Assembly (NCBI GenBank): GCA_026397955.1
Contig: JAPLTV010000030.1
Location: 117 to 64,116, forward strand
Length of the DNA: 64,000 bases
From: Verrucomicrobiota bacterium
Lineage (GTDB): Bacteria; Verrucomicrobiota; Verrucomicrobiia; Opitutales; UBA953
Direction of reading: 5' to 3'
Below the pieces are notes generated by a model. The model saw only the letters and a program-made list of their open reading frames with translations, did not search any database and had not been told where the DNA came from. The position numbers and the translations under genes are program-made. This document shows positions 35,944-44,229 of this stretch, piece after piece (the first letter of the stretch is position 1; each line of letters begins with the position of its first letter).

Positions 35944-37803
35944 CTAAATCTGCCAATCCTCGCCGGAGGCCGAAGCAGGCTTAGGGAGGTCGGGGTGCGG
36001 GGCTGTCACGATGCGGAGGACCGCCTGGCCGCCGCCGGCCAGTTCGCGGGCGCGGCGGACGGCCTTCGCGAGGGCGAGGTTCGGGTTGGCTTCTTCGAAC
36101 GGGAAGACGTTCTCCTTGCCGACGGATTGGTCGAGCCCCGCGTTGACGATGATCCTCATCGTGTCGGCCTTGGCCTCGCAGAGAATCAGGTGGCGACCGT
36201 CAGACTTCAACATGTCGGCCAGGTCGCGCAGGAGCAGGACGCCGTTGGCGTCGAGGTAGAGGGCTTCGCGGAACTTCAGGACGAGGACTTTCAGGTTCGG
36301 GTCGGCCGAGGCGCGGCGCAGGTGTTCGTGGAAGGCCTGGGTTGCGCCGAAGTGGAGGCTGCCTTCGACGTGCAGGATCGAGATGCCCGTCGTGCCCTGG
36401 CCCTTCGGGCGTTCCTTGATTTCGCCCGTGTCGGAGAAGTCGTATTCGACGACCTCTGGAGTGGAGGTCTGCTTCAGGTAGAAGGCGACCGCGACGGAGG
36501 TGCCAAGGAAGATCGCGACATCGAGCGGGGCGAGGAGCGCCGTGGCGAAGGTCGCGAGGAAGACCGTGCGGTCCTGCGCGCCGGATTTCAGAATCAGCTT
36601 GATCGCCGAGAAGTTCGCGAGCTCCAGTTCGGCGAGGATGACCAGGATCGCCAGCGTCGAGAGCGGCACGACGGCCACCGCGGGGCGGGCGAGGAAGAGG
36701 GCGCCGAGGATGAAGCCACCGCAGAGGAGCGAGGCCATCGCCGTGCGGGCGCCGCTGGCGACGTTGAGGGCGGAGCGGCTGATCGAGCCCGAGGCCGCCA
36801 TGCCGCCCGTGAAGGCGCAGGCGACGTTCGCCATGCCGAGGCCGTAGACTTCCTGGTGGAGGTCGGACGGACGGCCAGTCTTCAAGGCCGAGGCGCGGGC
36901 GTTGGCCGTGCCCTCGATGACAATCAGCACCGCGAGCGCGAGGGCCGGCGAGAAGAGCGTCGACAGCGTGCGGCCGGAGAAGTCGGGCAGGTGCAGCGCG
37001 GCGCCGGCCTGAGCGGCGTTCCCGACGTAAGTGACGATGTCCCCATTGGTGCCTTGGGCGTGGGCCACGTTCTGGGCGAGGATGGCGCCGAAGGTCGCGA
37101 CGGCGACAGCGCCAAGGATGGCTTTGCCGGCGCCGTATTTCGGACGGAGGATGAAATAGGCGATGCCGGTGATGACCGTCAGGCCCAGTTCGGAATTGAT
37201 GAGCCCGCGGCCCATGCGGAGCGCGTGCCAGAGCACTTCGGGGAGCGTCTCGCCGGCGTGATCGCCGGGCATGCCGAGGGCGACGGGGAGCTGGAGCGCG
37301 ATGACGCGCAGGGCGGCGGCGGCGATGTAGGCCGAGATTACGGTGCGGGGGACGAAGTCGGCGAAGCCGCTGAGTCGCAGCCATGAGGCGAGGAGCAGGA
37401 ATAGGCCCGTCATCAGCACCAAGGTCGGGAGCGCCGAGGCGCGCAGATCTGGGTTGGTGGCGCTGAGCGTGGCGAAGGACCCGAGCAGCAAGGCCGCGGT
37501 GGCGTTGGTCGGGCCGGCGGAAAGGTTGGCGGAGCCGCTGAACAGCGGGGCCACCGCGGCGGCGACGCCACAGCCGACGAGTCCGCACCAGATTGGCAGG
37601 CCGGCCTTCATGGCGAAGGCCATCGACATCGGAAACGCGAGGAGCGCGACGTTCAAGCCGGCGACGAGGTCGGCCTTGAAGGTCGGTCCATCCATCGAGC
37701 GGACGACGCCGACGAAAGGCAGGAACTTCGGGCGAGGTAGGGCCGCGAGCTGGCGACCGAAGGAGCCGAGGGCAGAGAAGAAACTGAGGAGGCCGCTGCG
37801 CAC
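35944..37803 (-). CDS. SulP family inorganic anion transporter with C-terminal STAS domain
   Basis: Track ORF of 619 aa. [25 protein letters not shown] is the SulP signature region. Polytopic core with a soluble C-terminal ~130 aa. Confidence 0.88.
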   Translation of the reverse strand: MRSGLLSFFSALGSFGRQLAALPRPKFLPFVGVVRSMDGPTFKADLVAGLNVALLAFPMSMAFAMKAGLPIWCGLVGCGVAAAVAPLFSGSANLSAGPTNATAALLLGSFATLSATNPDLRASALPTLVLMTGLFLLLASWLRLSGFADFVPRTVISAYIAAAALRVIALQLPVALGMPGDHAGETLPEVLWHALRMGRGLINSELGLTVITGIAYFILRPKYGAGKAILGAVAVATFGAILAQNVAHAQGTNGDIVTYVGNAAQAGAALHLPDFSGRTLSTLFSPALALAVLIVIEGTANARASALKTGRPSDLHQEVYGLGMANVACAFTGGMAASGSISRSALNVASGARTAMASLLCGGFILGALFLARPAVAVVPLSTLAILVILAELELANFSAIKLILKSGAQDRTVFLATFATALLAPLDVAIFLGTSVAVAFYLKQTSTPEVVEYDFSDTGEIKERPKGQGTTGISILHVEGSLHFGATQAFHEHLRRASADPNLKVLVLKFREALYLDANGVLLLRDLADMLKSDGRHLILCEAKADTMRIIVNAGLDQSVGKENVFPFEEANPNLALAKAVRRARELAGGGQAVLRIVTAPHPDLPKPASASGEDWQI

Positions 37804-37851
37804 GTCCTGTTTGTTGCGGGACCGGAGCGGACGTTCAACCGATTTCGTCGC

Positions 37852-38316
37852 TCAGTCGAAGGCCTCGGGGCAGAGCTGCGAGATGAGCGACTGCTGGAGC
37901 AGGCCGAAGCAGGCGTAGCAGGCGAGGGCGTGGCGCTTCTCAGTCGGTAGGGATTCGTCGTCGATGTCCTCGGCGCTCTCCAGCTGAGCGTCGGTGACGT
38001 CGGCGAAGACCAAGTCGCGGAGGGCGAGGCGGACGGCGGAGAGGGCGCGAAGGAAGGCGTGGGCCTGAGCCTCGTTGGGTAGCACGATGATGGCCGGGTT
38101 GCCCTTGGCGCTGGCGAAGGCCACGGCGAGCAGGCGGGCCTCCTCGGAGGCCTGCGCGGTGAGGGTCTCGACCCAGAAGCCGGCAATCTCCTCGTCGTTG
38201 TCGGGCACGTTGGCCCGGTTGACCGAGACGCGGGCCGCGGCTGGCGCGATGAGGCGGAGTAGATCGGAGAGCACCGTACGCGCCTCCTGGGTCATGCTGA
38301 GGCGTAGTTCAGCCAT
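37852..38316 (-). CDS. Acidic hypothetical protein translationally coupled to clpS
   Basis: Track ORF 37852..38427. ATG 38316 (MAELRLSMTQEART...) overlaps the clpS stop by 8 nt. The position is reminiscent of the DUF2017 genes that follow clpS in Actinobacteria (positional analogy only). Confidence 0.65.
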   Translation of the reverse strand: MAELRLSMTQEARTVLSDLLRLIAPAAARVSVNRANVPDNDEEIAGFWVETLTAQASEEARLLAVAFASAKGNPAIIVLPNEAQAHAFLRALSAVRLALRDLVFADVTDAQLESAEDIDDESLPTEKRHALACYACFGLLQQSLISQLCPEAFD

Positions 38317-38596
38317 CTTTCTCGAGGAGGGAGTTGAGGTGCCACTGCTGTAACTCCAATGAGAGCATCTCGGCGCGTTCGCGGTCGCCGGTCCAGACGG
38401 TGGCACGGCCTTCGGCGTGGATGGCACGCATGAGTTTCTTGGCTTCGGCGGCGCTGATGCGGAGCACGCTCATGAAGGCCACGACGACGTAAGCCTGGTA
38501 GTTAATCGGATCGTTGAGCACGACGACGTTCCACTTGGGCGCCGCCGAGACCAGCGTCTCAGTCTTGATCTCGGGTTTGAGTTTCGGCTTGGCCAT
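38309..38596 (-). CDS. clpS: ATP-dependent Clp protease adaptor ClpS
   Basis: Track ORF of 95 aa. WNVVVLNDPINYQAYVVVAFMSVL...AEAKKLMRAIHAEGRA matches the ClpS core. Confidence 0.9.
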   Translation of the reverse strand: MAKPKLKPEIKTETLVSAAPKWNVVVLNDPINYQAYVVVAFMSVLRISAAEAKKLMRAIHAEGRATVWTGDRERAEMLSLELQQWHLNSLLEKDG

Positions 38597-41201
38597 CAGG
38601 GCTCAGGTCTGAACGAGACTGTAGCGTCTCGCGCAGTTTCCGCAAGCCGTCGATGAGCTCATCCGTCCGGGCGCGGGCCGAGGTTTCGGTCGGTTGGCGT
38701 TCGATCTGATTGGCCAGTCGGGCGAGGCCAGTGCAGGCCATCAAGGAGAGCATACCTTTGGCCCCGTGGGCTTCGCGGCTGAGGGTGTCCGGCTCCGCGG
38801 AGTCGCGGGCGACGCAGAGGCGGGTGATGATGTCCTCGGCGTGTCGGAGGTAGGCCCGGGCGGCGGCCTTGAGGTCTTCGGCATCCTCGGTTTCGGCGAC
38901 CTCGAGATTGGCGGCGAATTCGTCATCCCGGACGCGACCGAGGGCGGCTTCCTGGCTGGCGGCGAGTAGCTCCAGTTTTTCGAGCAATTCGGCCCCGCGG
39001 ACCGGCTTGGCGAGGTAGGCATCGAAACCGGCGGCCTCGCAGCGGGCGCGATCCAGTTCCTGGGTCATGGCGGTCAGGGCCAGGAGCGAGGTGCGGCGGC
39101 GGCCGCGGGCCTCCTCTTCGGCCCGGATGGCGGTGGCGACAGAGAGCCCGTCCATGATCGGCATCTGGATATCGAGGATGGCCACGTCGAATTCCTTGGT
39201 GCGCCAGAGGTCGAGCGCGGCGGAACCGTCGACCGTGGCGCTGACGTCGTGGCCGGCGCGGCGGAGGCGGGCGCTCGCGACCTCGCGGTTGACCTCATTG
39301 TCTTCGGCGAGGAGCACGCGGAGGCTGCGGGAGGCGCGAGGGGCGCCGTGGGCCGGCTCATGTTCGTCGCGGACCGGGGCTTCGGTGCTGAAGCGGGTCC
39401 AGAGGGCCGTGAGCGTGACCGGGCGGAAGAGCTGGGCCTGGCTGCGGAATTCGACCTCGGAAGATGTCACCAGGATGATCTGTTCGCGCGGGAAGGCCGG
39501 CAGGCGCGGGCTGACGTCTTCGGGGAGGTCGATGATTGCGCGGCTGAAGGGGTTCTCGGCGGCGGCCGCGGCGGCCCAGAGCGCTTCGGCGTCCTCGTAG
39601 CTCTCCGTCTGTTCGCATTCGGCGCCCCAATAAGTAAGCGAGTCGGCGAACCACTGGCGGACGGCGGGGTCGCCGGCGACGAGTAGGATGCGCTGGCCGG
39701 CGAGCTTGGGCGGCGGCGGCGGCGTGAAGGCGGGGTTAGGTTCGACCATGACCGTCGCGGCGAAGGTCGAGCCCGTGCCGACCTCGCTGGTGACCTTCAT
39801 GTAGCCGTCCATCGCTTGGGTGAGGCTGCGGACGATCGTCAGGCCGAGTCCCGTGCCACCGAAGCGGCGGGTCGTGGTGGCGTCGGCCTGGGTGAACGGC
39901 TCGAAGATACTCTCCAGACGGTCGTTCGGGATGCCGATACCTGTGTCGCGGACCGTGAATTGGGCGCGCAGGCGGCCGTTGCGTTCCTCGAATTCGAGTT
40001 CCGCATGGACGTGGCCGTTCTCGGTGAACTTCACCGCGTTGCCCACGAGGTTAGCGATGATGCGGCGGAACTTGATCGGGTCGCCGAGCACGGACTGCGG
40101 CGAGTCGGCCTTGACGAGCGCGGCGAGCTCGACGCCCTTGCGGCCGGCTTGGTGTTGGAACTGCGCGGTCACCTCCTCGAGGGCGCGGACGGGGTTGAAG
40201 GGGATATTCTCGATGGTGACGTTGCCGCGGTCGAGCCGGGAGAAGTCGAGCACGTCGCGGACGGTGTCTTCGAGTTCGCGCGCGCAGGACTGGATCTTCG
40301 TGAGCACGTCCGGGTGGATGGGGCTGGGTGTCTCCAGGTTAGTCTCGCAGAGGCCTTGGATGGCGTTGATTGGGTTGCGGATCTCGTGCGTCACGTTGGC
40401 GACGAACTGCCACTTCGCGGCGGCGACCTCCTCGGCCTTTTCCAGCGCGATGCGCAGGCGATTATGTTCGTCGACCGATTCCGTGATGTTGACCGCGAAG
40501 GTCAGGAGCCCGTTCGGCAGGCCGCCGCCGCCTTTGATGCGTTCGTGGACGACGCGGACGAGGCGCGAGCGGCTGTCTTGGGTCTCGAAGTGCATGACCG
40601 CATGGAGCACGCGCTGCCCGGTGCGGATCACTTCCTCGTCGAACTGACGGAACTGGGCGGCCGTGCGGGTCGAGAGGATGTCGGCCAAGGAGAGGTCCGC
40701 CACGTAACCGCGGTAAGGTAGGGCGAGGAACTCGTCGAGGCTGCGGCTGGTGTGCAGGATGCGGCCTTGCAGGTCGCGGAGAATGATGAAGTCCGGAGAG
40801 TTTTCGATGAGCGTCCGAGCTAGGCTCATGCCGGAACGCGGCGTGAGGATCGGGGCGCCGTTGACCTGCGGGTCTTCGGCGAAGATCAACCAGACCTGGC
40901 GATCGAACTTCGGGTCAGGCTGCAAGATGATCTTCGAGGCGCGGATGGGTTCGCCTTGGCCCGCGTTGCGGAGCTCGAGCATGCCGCTCCAGGCGGACCA
41001 GCGGGCGGCGGAGTGGAGCAGGGTGGAGGCGGGCTGGCCGTTCTCCAATTCGAGGAACAGCTTGTCGATATTCATGCCCGCTTGGACCTTGCGGCCGACC
41101 GCGCGGTCGACGAGCGGATTGGCGAACAGGATCTCGCCCTTGCGGCTGCAGACCAGGAAGGGCCAGGGAAGGAGGTCGGGCAATGTGGAGAGATCCGCCA
41201 T
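38559..41201 (-). CDS. Hybrid sensor histidine kinase / response regulator with HPt domain
   Basis: Track ORF of 880 aa. PAS-like N-terminus. H-box VTHEIRNPINAI. HATPase G-boxes (DTGIGI, GGTGLGLTIV). Receiver RVLLAEDNEVN...DVAILDIQMPIMDG. C-terminal HPt SREAHGAKGMLSL. The 3' end overlaps the clpS start by 38 nt. Confidence 0.92.
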   Translation of the reverse strand: MADLSTLPDLLPWPFLVCSRKGEILFANPLVDRAVGRKVQAGMNIDKLFLELENGQPASTLLHSAARWSAWSGMLELRNAGQGEPIRASKIILQPDPKFDRQVWLIFAEDPQVNGAPILTPRSGMSLARTLIENSPDFIILRDLQGRILHTSRSLDEFLALPYRGYVADLSLADILSTRTAAQFRQFDEEVIRTGQRVLHAVMHFETQDSRSRLVRVVHERIKGGGGLPNGLLTFAVNITESVDEHNRLRIALEKAEEVAAAKWQFVANVTHEIRNPINAIQGLCETNLETPSPIHPDVLTKIQSCARELEDTVRDVLDFSRLDRGNVTIENIPFNPVRALEEVTAQFQHQAGRKGVELAALVKADSPQSVLGDPIKFRRIIANLVGNAVKFTENGHVHAELEFEERNGRLRAQFTVRDTGIGIPNDRLESIFEPFTQADATTTRRFGGTGLGLTIVRSLTQAMDGYMKVTSEVGTGSTFAATVMVEPNPAFTPPPPPKLAGQRILLVAGDPAVRQWFADSLTYWGAECEQTESYEDAEALWAAAAAAENPFSRAIIDLPEDVSPRLPAFPREQIILVTSSEVEFRSQAQLFRPVTLTALWTRFSTEAPVRDEHEPAHGAPRASRSLRVLLAEDNEVNREVASARLRRAGHDVSATVDGSAALDLWRTKEFDVAILDIQMPIMDGLSVATAIRAEEEARGRRRTSLLALTAMTQELDRARCEAAGFDAYLAKPVRGAELLEKLELLAASQEAALGRVRDDEFAANLEVAETEDAEDLKAAARAYLRHAEDIITRLCVARDSAEPDTLSREAHGAKGMLSLMACTGLARLANQIERQPTETSARARTDELIDGLRKLRETLQSRSDLSPDGQAETQTRDQD

Positions 41202-41375
41202 CGGTTACCGGGAAGCATGGAGGGTCTGCCCCGAGGGGACAATCCTCCATGTGATAGGGGGAAGGCTCTAACTACGAGGGACAGGGGCAGGGGCAGGGTT
41301 GTAATGAATAAGTCGATACATCGGAATCGGGGTACGTCGGACGACCCCGGGGTCGCCGGGGTCGTGTCTTGCTTT

Positions 41376-41460
41376 TGGTGCTCAGGAAGGGACTTGAACC
41401 CTTACGCTTTAGGGGCACTGGAACCTGAATCCAGCGTGTCTGCCATTCCACCACCTGAGC
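41376..41460 (-). tRNA. tRNA-Leu (anticodon CAG), CCA encoded
   Basis: The reverse complement gives acceptor GCTCAGG/CCTGAGC. Anticodon stem CTGGA/TCCAG with loop TTCAGGT. Long variable arm. T-arm AAGGG-TTCAAGT-CCCTT. 3' ACCA. Confidence 0.9.
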
Positions 41461-41507
41461 ATTAAAGCGGATAGGTGAGCAAAGGGTTAGCCCCCGCTCT
41501 GTCAAGG

Positions 41508-42008
41508 TCAGGGCTGGCGCAAGGCCTTCAGCATGTAGACACAATCGAGTTTCTGGCCGAATTTGTGTCCGACGCCGCGCAACAGGCCGGCTTGTTCGAA
41601 GCCTAGCGAGGCGTGGAGGCGAAGGCTGGGGGTCTGTTCGCCTGAGATGCGGGCGATCACCGAGCTGTGGCCGATGGCTTCTGCGCGGAGCAGGAGCTCC
41701 TGCAGCATGCGCTTGCCTAGACCTTTCCCGTGCTGGGTGTGGTCGATGAAGATCGAGTCCTCAACCGTGGCGGACCACCCTTGGCGGGTGTTATAGGTGG
41801 AAAGGCAGCCCCAACCGACCACTTTACCCTCTGATTCGATGACTAGGGCCGGGTGGGCAGGGCCGCGGTTGCGGAGCCAGGTGGCCCGCCCCTCATCGGT
41901 TTCCTCGGTCAGGTGCCAGGTGCAGGTGCTGGTTCGGACGTAGTGGTTGTAGATGGCGTTGATCGCCCGGATATCGGCCGACAAGGCGGGGCGGACGCGT
42001 GTTTCCAT
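41508..42008 (-). CDS. GNAT family N-acetyltransferase (phosphinothricin-acetyltransferase-like)
   Basis: Track ORF 41508..42044. ATG 42008 gives METRVRPALSADIRAINAIYNHYV. Acetyl-CoA motif QHGKGLGKRMLQ. Confidence 0.85.
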   Translation of the reverse strand: METRVRPALSADIRAINAIYNHYVRTSTCTWHLTEETDEGRATWLRNRGPAHPALVIESEGKVVGWGCLSTYNTRQGWSATVEDSIFIDHTQHGKGLGKRMLQELLLRAEAIGHSSVIARISGEQTPSLRLHASLGFEQAGLLRGVGHKFGQKLDCVYMLKALRQP

Positions 42009-42124
42009 GGGTCGGAGTGATAGCCTGAACGAAAGCTTAAACAAGCATAGGAAATCCCGTTGACAGTCGGTCGCAGGTTACCTTTGTTGGCCGACCTGCC
42101 GTTGCTAAAACGGCTCTCCCGACC

Positions 42125-42250
42125 ATGAAAGTCTCCTCCTCCCTCAAGTCGCTGAAGAAGCGCCACCCGAATTGCCAGGTAGTTCGCCGCAAGGGCCGTA
42201 TCTACGTGATCAACAAGACGCACCCTCGCTACAAGGCGCGTCAGGGCTAA
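42125..42250 (+). CDS. rpmJ: 50S ribosomal protein L36, type B (zinc-independent, YkgO-like)
   Basis: Not in the ORF track (41 aa). My translation: [41 protein letters not shown]. It matches the YkgO pattern RHPxCQxVxRKGRxYVIxKxxPRxKAxQG and lacks the CxxC...CxxxxH zinc site of type A. Confidence 0.88.
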   Translation: MKVSSSLKSLKKRHPNCQVVRRKGRIYVINKTHPRYKARQG

Positions 42251-42272
42251 CCCCTAGCAAACCCCCTATTTT

Positions 42273-42515
42273 ATGAAGAAGGAAGGCCATCCTGAATATA
42301 ACAACGTCGTCTTCGTGGATGTCTCCACGAACCGTGAGTTCCCGGCTCGTTCGACCATGAAGTCGAAAGAGACCAAGCTCATTGACGGCGTCGAACATTT
42401 CGTCATCCGCCGTGAAGTCACCATGGATTCGCACCCCGCCTACACCGGCGAGAAGCGCTTCGTGGACTCCGCCGGCCGCGTCGAGAAGTTCAACACGAAG
42501 TTCCGCCGCAAGTAA
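42273..42515 (+). CDS. rpmE2: 50S ribosomal protein L31, type B (zinc-independent, YkgM-like)
   Basis: Track ORF of 80 aa. MKKEGHPEY...SHPAYTG...GRVEKFNTKF. It has no Cys residue at all, so the CxxC pairs of type A L31 are absent. Confidence 0.9.
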   Translation: MKKEGHPEYNNVVFVDVSTNREFPARSTMKSKETKLIDGVEHFVIRREVTMDSHPAYTGEKRFVDSAGRVEKFNTKFRRK

Positions 42516-42535
42516 GCCTCCGCCGAGGCCTGCCC

Positions 42536-42568
42536 AAAACCCGCCTGGTTCGCCTGGCGGGTTTTTTG
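42536..42568 (+). terminator. Rho-independent terminator
   Basis: AAAACCCGCCTGG-TTCG-CCTGGCGGGTTTTTTG. Confidence 0.85.
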
Positions 42569-42890
42569 TTGCCCGGAGCTAACTCACCGCCGCCCCCTGG
42601 GGTTGGCTGACGGACGGGAGGGGGGGTACTTAGGGACTGGTGGCTGGATCAAGCTCTTTAAGGTGGGGGTAAGGGGGCCGTTGAGTGGGCCATGGGCCTA
42701 AGCCATGGGAATCGGGCACATTTTAGGCTTTTACGCGTTTATTGGCCTAAAGGTCCTATTTTGCCTATTTTAGGGCGTGCCGACCCTGGGGTAGCCCAGG
42801 GCGCAGTTGCGAATAACTAGTCCTGACCCTGCCCCTGGCCCTAGCCCTAGTCACAGCCCTAACCCTTGATCATCAATAGTCCCCAGCTTT

Positions 42891-42910
42891 ATTCACAGGG
42901 GGTTGTGAAT
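42891..42910. promoter_or_regulatory. Perfect 7-6-7 inverted repeat ATTCACA-GGGGGT-TGTGAAT, candidate operator
   Basis: Read directly from the sequence. It lies 96 nt upstream of the ATG of the first small OMP gene, inside a ~430 nt AT-enriched non-coding region. Confidence 0.35.
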
Positions 42911-43005
42911 GGAGGTGGGTAAAAGAGTCGTTAAAACGGGGTAGGGGAATTTTAAGCAAAAGGTGCTTGATTTTGTTACGGACCTGTATCAATAGTATCC
43001 CCGCT

Positions 43006-43512
43006 ATGAAGCATATCCTCCCGATCCTCACCATCACGACCCTCGCTGCCGCTGCCTCTGCCCAGAGCGCTGCCTCGTCCGGTCTCTCCTACAACCGCGT
43101 TGGCCTCGGCTATAACACGGACAGCAAGGGCTACTCCCTCTCGGCTTCGGCCCTGATCGGTGGCTCGAACTTCCTCGTGTCTGCCGGCACCACCATCGGT
43201 GGCTCCGCCACCACCAACGGTAACGACTCCGTCTCCCTCGGCTACGTTTTCAAGAACGTCGCCCTCGGCGCTGACGCCACCGTCTCCGTCGGCTCCAACG
43301 AGTCCTACGGCCTGAACGTCCGTAAGGACCTCGGCAGCAACATCGAAGGCGCTGTCTCCTACAACCGCGTCAGCAAGAACGACGTCTGGGGTGCCGAACT
43401 CGCTTACAACGTGAGCAAGCAGGTCCAGTTCGCTGTTGGTTACTCTGACAGCAACGCCTCTGGCGCTGCCGGTAAGGGCCAGACCAGCATCACCGCTCGC
43501 TACAACTTCTAA
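43006..43512 (+). CDS. Small outer-membrane beta-barrel protein, copy 1
   Basis: Track ORF 42967..43512. ATG 43006 gives signal peptide MKHILPILTITTLAAAASAQ. Alternating-hydrophobic beta-strand pattern. C-terminal ...ITARYNF (terminal aromatic residue). Confidence 0.8.
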   Translation: MKHILPILTITTLAAAASAQSAASSGLSYNRVGLGYNTDSKGYSLSASALIGGSNFLVSAGTTIGGSATTNGNDSVSLGYVFKNVALGADATVSVGSNESYGLNVRKDLGSNIEGAVSYNRVSKNDVWGAELAYNVSKQVQFAVGYSDSNASGAAGKGQTSITARYNF

Positions 43513-43537
43513 TCTTAGGATTAGAGGCTGATCACAA

Positions 43538-43566
43538 GGGCCCCGGCAACGGGGCCCTTTTTGTTT
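43538..43566 (+). terminator. Rho-independent terminator
   Basis: GGGCCCCG-GCAA-CGGGGCCCTTTTTG. Confidence 0.85.
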
Positions 43567-43665
43567 ATATAAAAAAGCGCCCATGGGTCGATTGTGTCGG
43601 CCTGATGACAAAAACGCACTTTTTTGTTGTTTTACGGTCAGTCGTGCTTACTACCGACCATGCAT

Positions 43666-44169
43666 ATGAAGAACATCCTCCCGATCCTCACCCTCACGAC
43701 CCTCGCCGCTGCCGCCTCCGCCCAGGTTGCTGCTCCGGCCGCTGCTGGTCTCAACTACAACCGCGTCGGTCTCGGCTACAACACCGACACCAAGGGCTAC
43801 AGCCTCTCGGCTACCGCCGTCCTCGGTTCCTCCAACTTCTTGGTTGGTGCCTCCACCTCCATCGGTGGTTCGGGTACCTCCAACGGTGCTGACTCCGTCG
43901 CCATCGGTTACCTCTTCGCCAACGCCATCGCCGGCGCTGACGTCACCGTCTCCGTCGCTTCCAACGAAGCCTACACGATCGGCCTCCGCAAGGCTCTCGG
44001 TAACAACTTCGAAGCTGCTGCCTCCTTCGGCCGTAATTCCGCTAAGAACAACGCTTGGTCCGCTGAACTCGCTTACAACGTGAGCAAGCAGATCCAGCTG
44101 GCCGTCGGTTTCTCTGACGCCCAGAAGACCGCTTCGACCTCCGACCTCACCGTTCGCTACAACTTCTAA
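43666..44169 (+). CDS. Small outer-membrane beta-barrel protein, copy 2
   Basis: Track ORF 43624..44169. ATG 43666 gives MKNILPILTLTTLAAAASAQ (ATG 43660 is an alternative). Colinear with copy 1, about 60% identity by eye. Ends ...LTVRYNF. Confidence 0.8.
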   Translation: MKNILPILTLTTLAAAASAQVAAPAAAGLNYNRVGLGYNTDTKGYSLSATAVLGSSNFLVGASTSIGGSGTSNGADSVAIGYLFANAIAGADVTVSVASNEAYTIGLRKALGNNFEAAASFGRNSAKNNAWSAELAYNVSKQIQLAVGFSDAQKTASTSDLTVRYNF

Positions 44170-44193
44170 TCTTCGGATTAGAAGCTGAACGAA

Positions 44194-44224
44194 GGGCCCC
44201 GGCAACGGGGCCCTTTTTGTTTTC
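44194..44224. terminator. Rho-independent terminator shared by convergent genes
   Basis: The same GGGCCCCG-GCAA-CGGGGCCC stem as 43538-43566, followed by TTTTTGTTTT. It sits 6 nt from the stop of the minus-strand virK-like gene. Confidence 0.8.
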
Positions 44225-44229
44225 CGAGG

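Noticed and set aside
42045-42124. Zur box upstream of the rpmJ/rpmE type B pair.
   Set aside because: No AT-rich palindrome resembling known Zur operators is visible. I cannot claim regulation from the sequence.
42570-43005. tmRNA, RNase P RNA or SRP RNA in the long non-coding region. GGGGTTGGCTGACGGACGGG superficially resembles a tmRNA 5' end.
   Set aside because: There is no tRNA-like 3' end (T-arm plus ACCA). No GAAAGUCC-type RNase P P4 sequence and no SRP domain IV motif could be found by eye. The region is kept only as an unexplained region.
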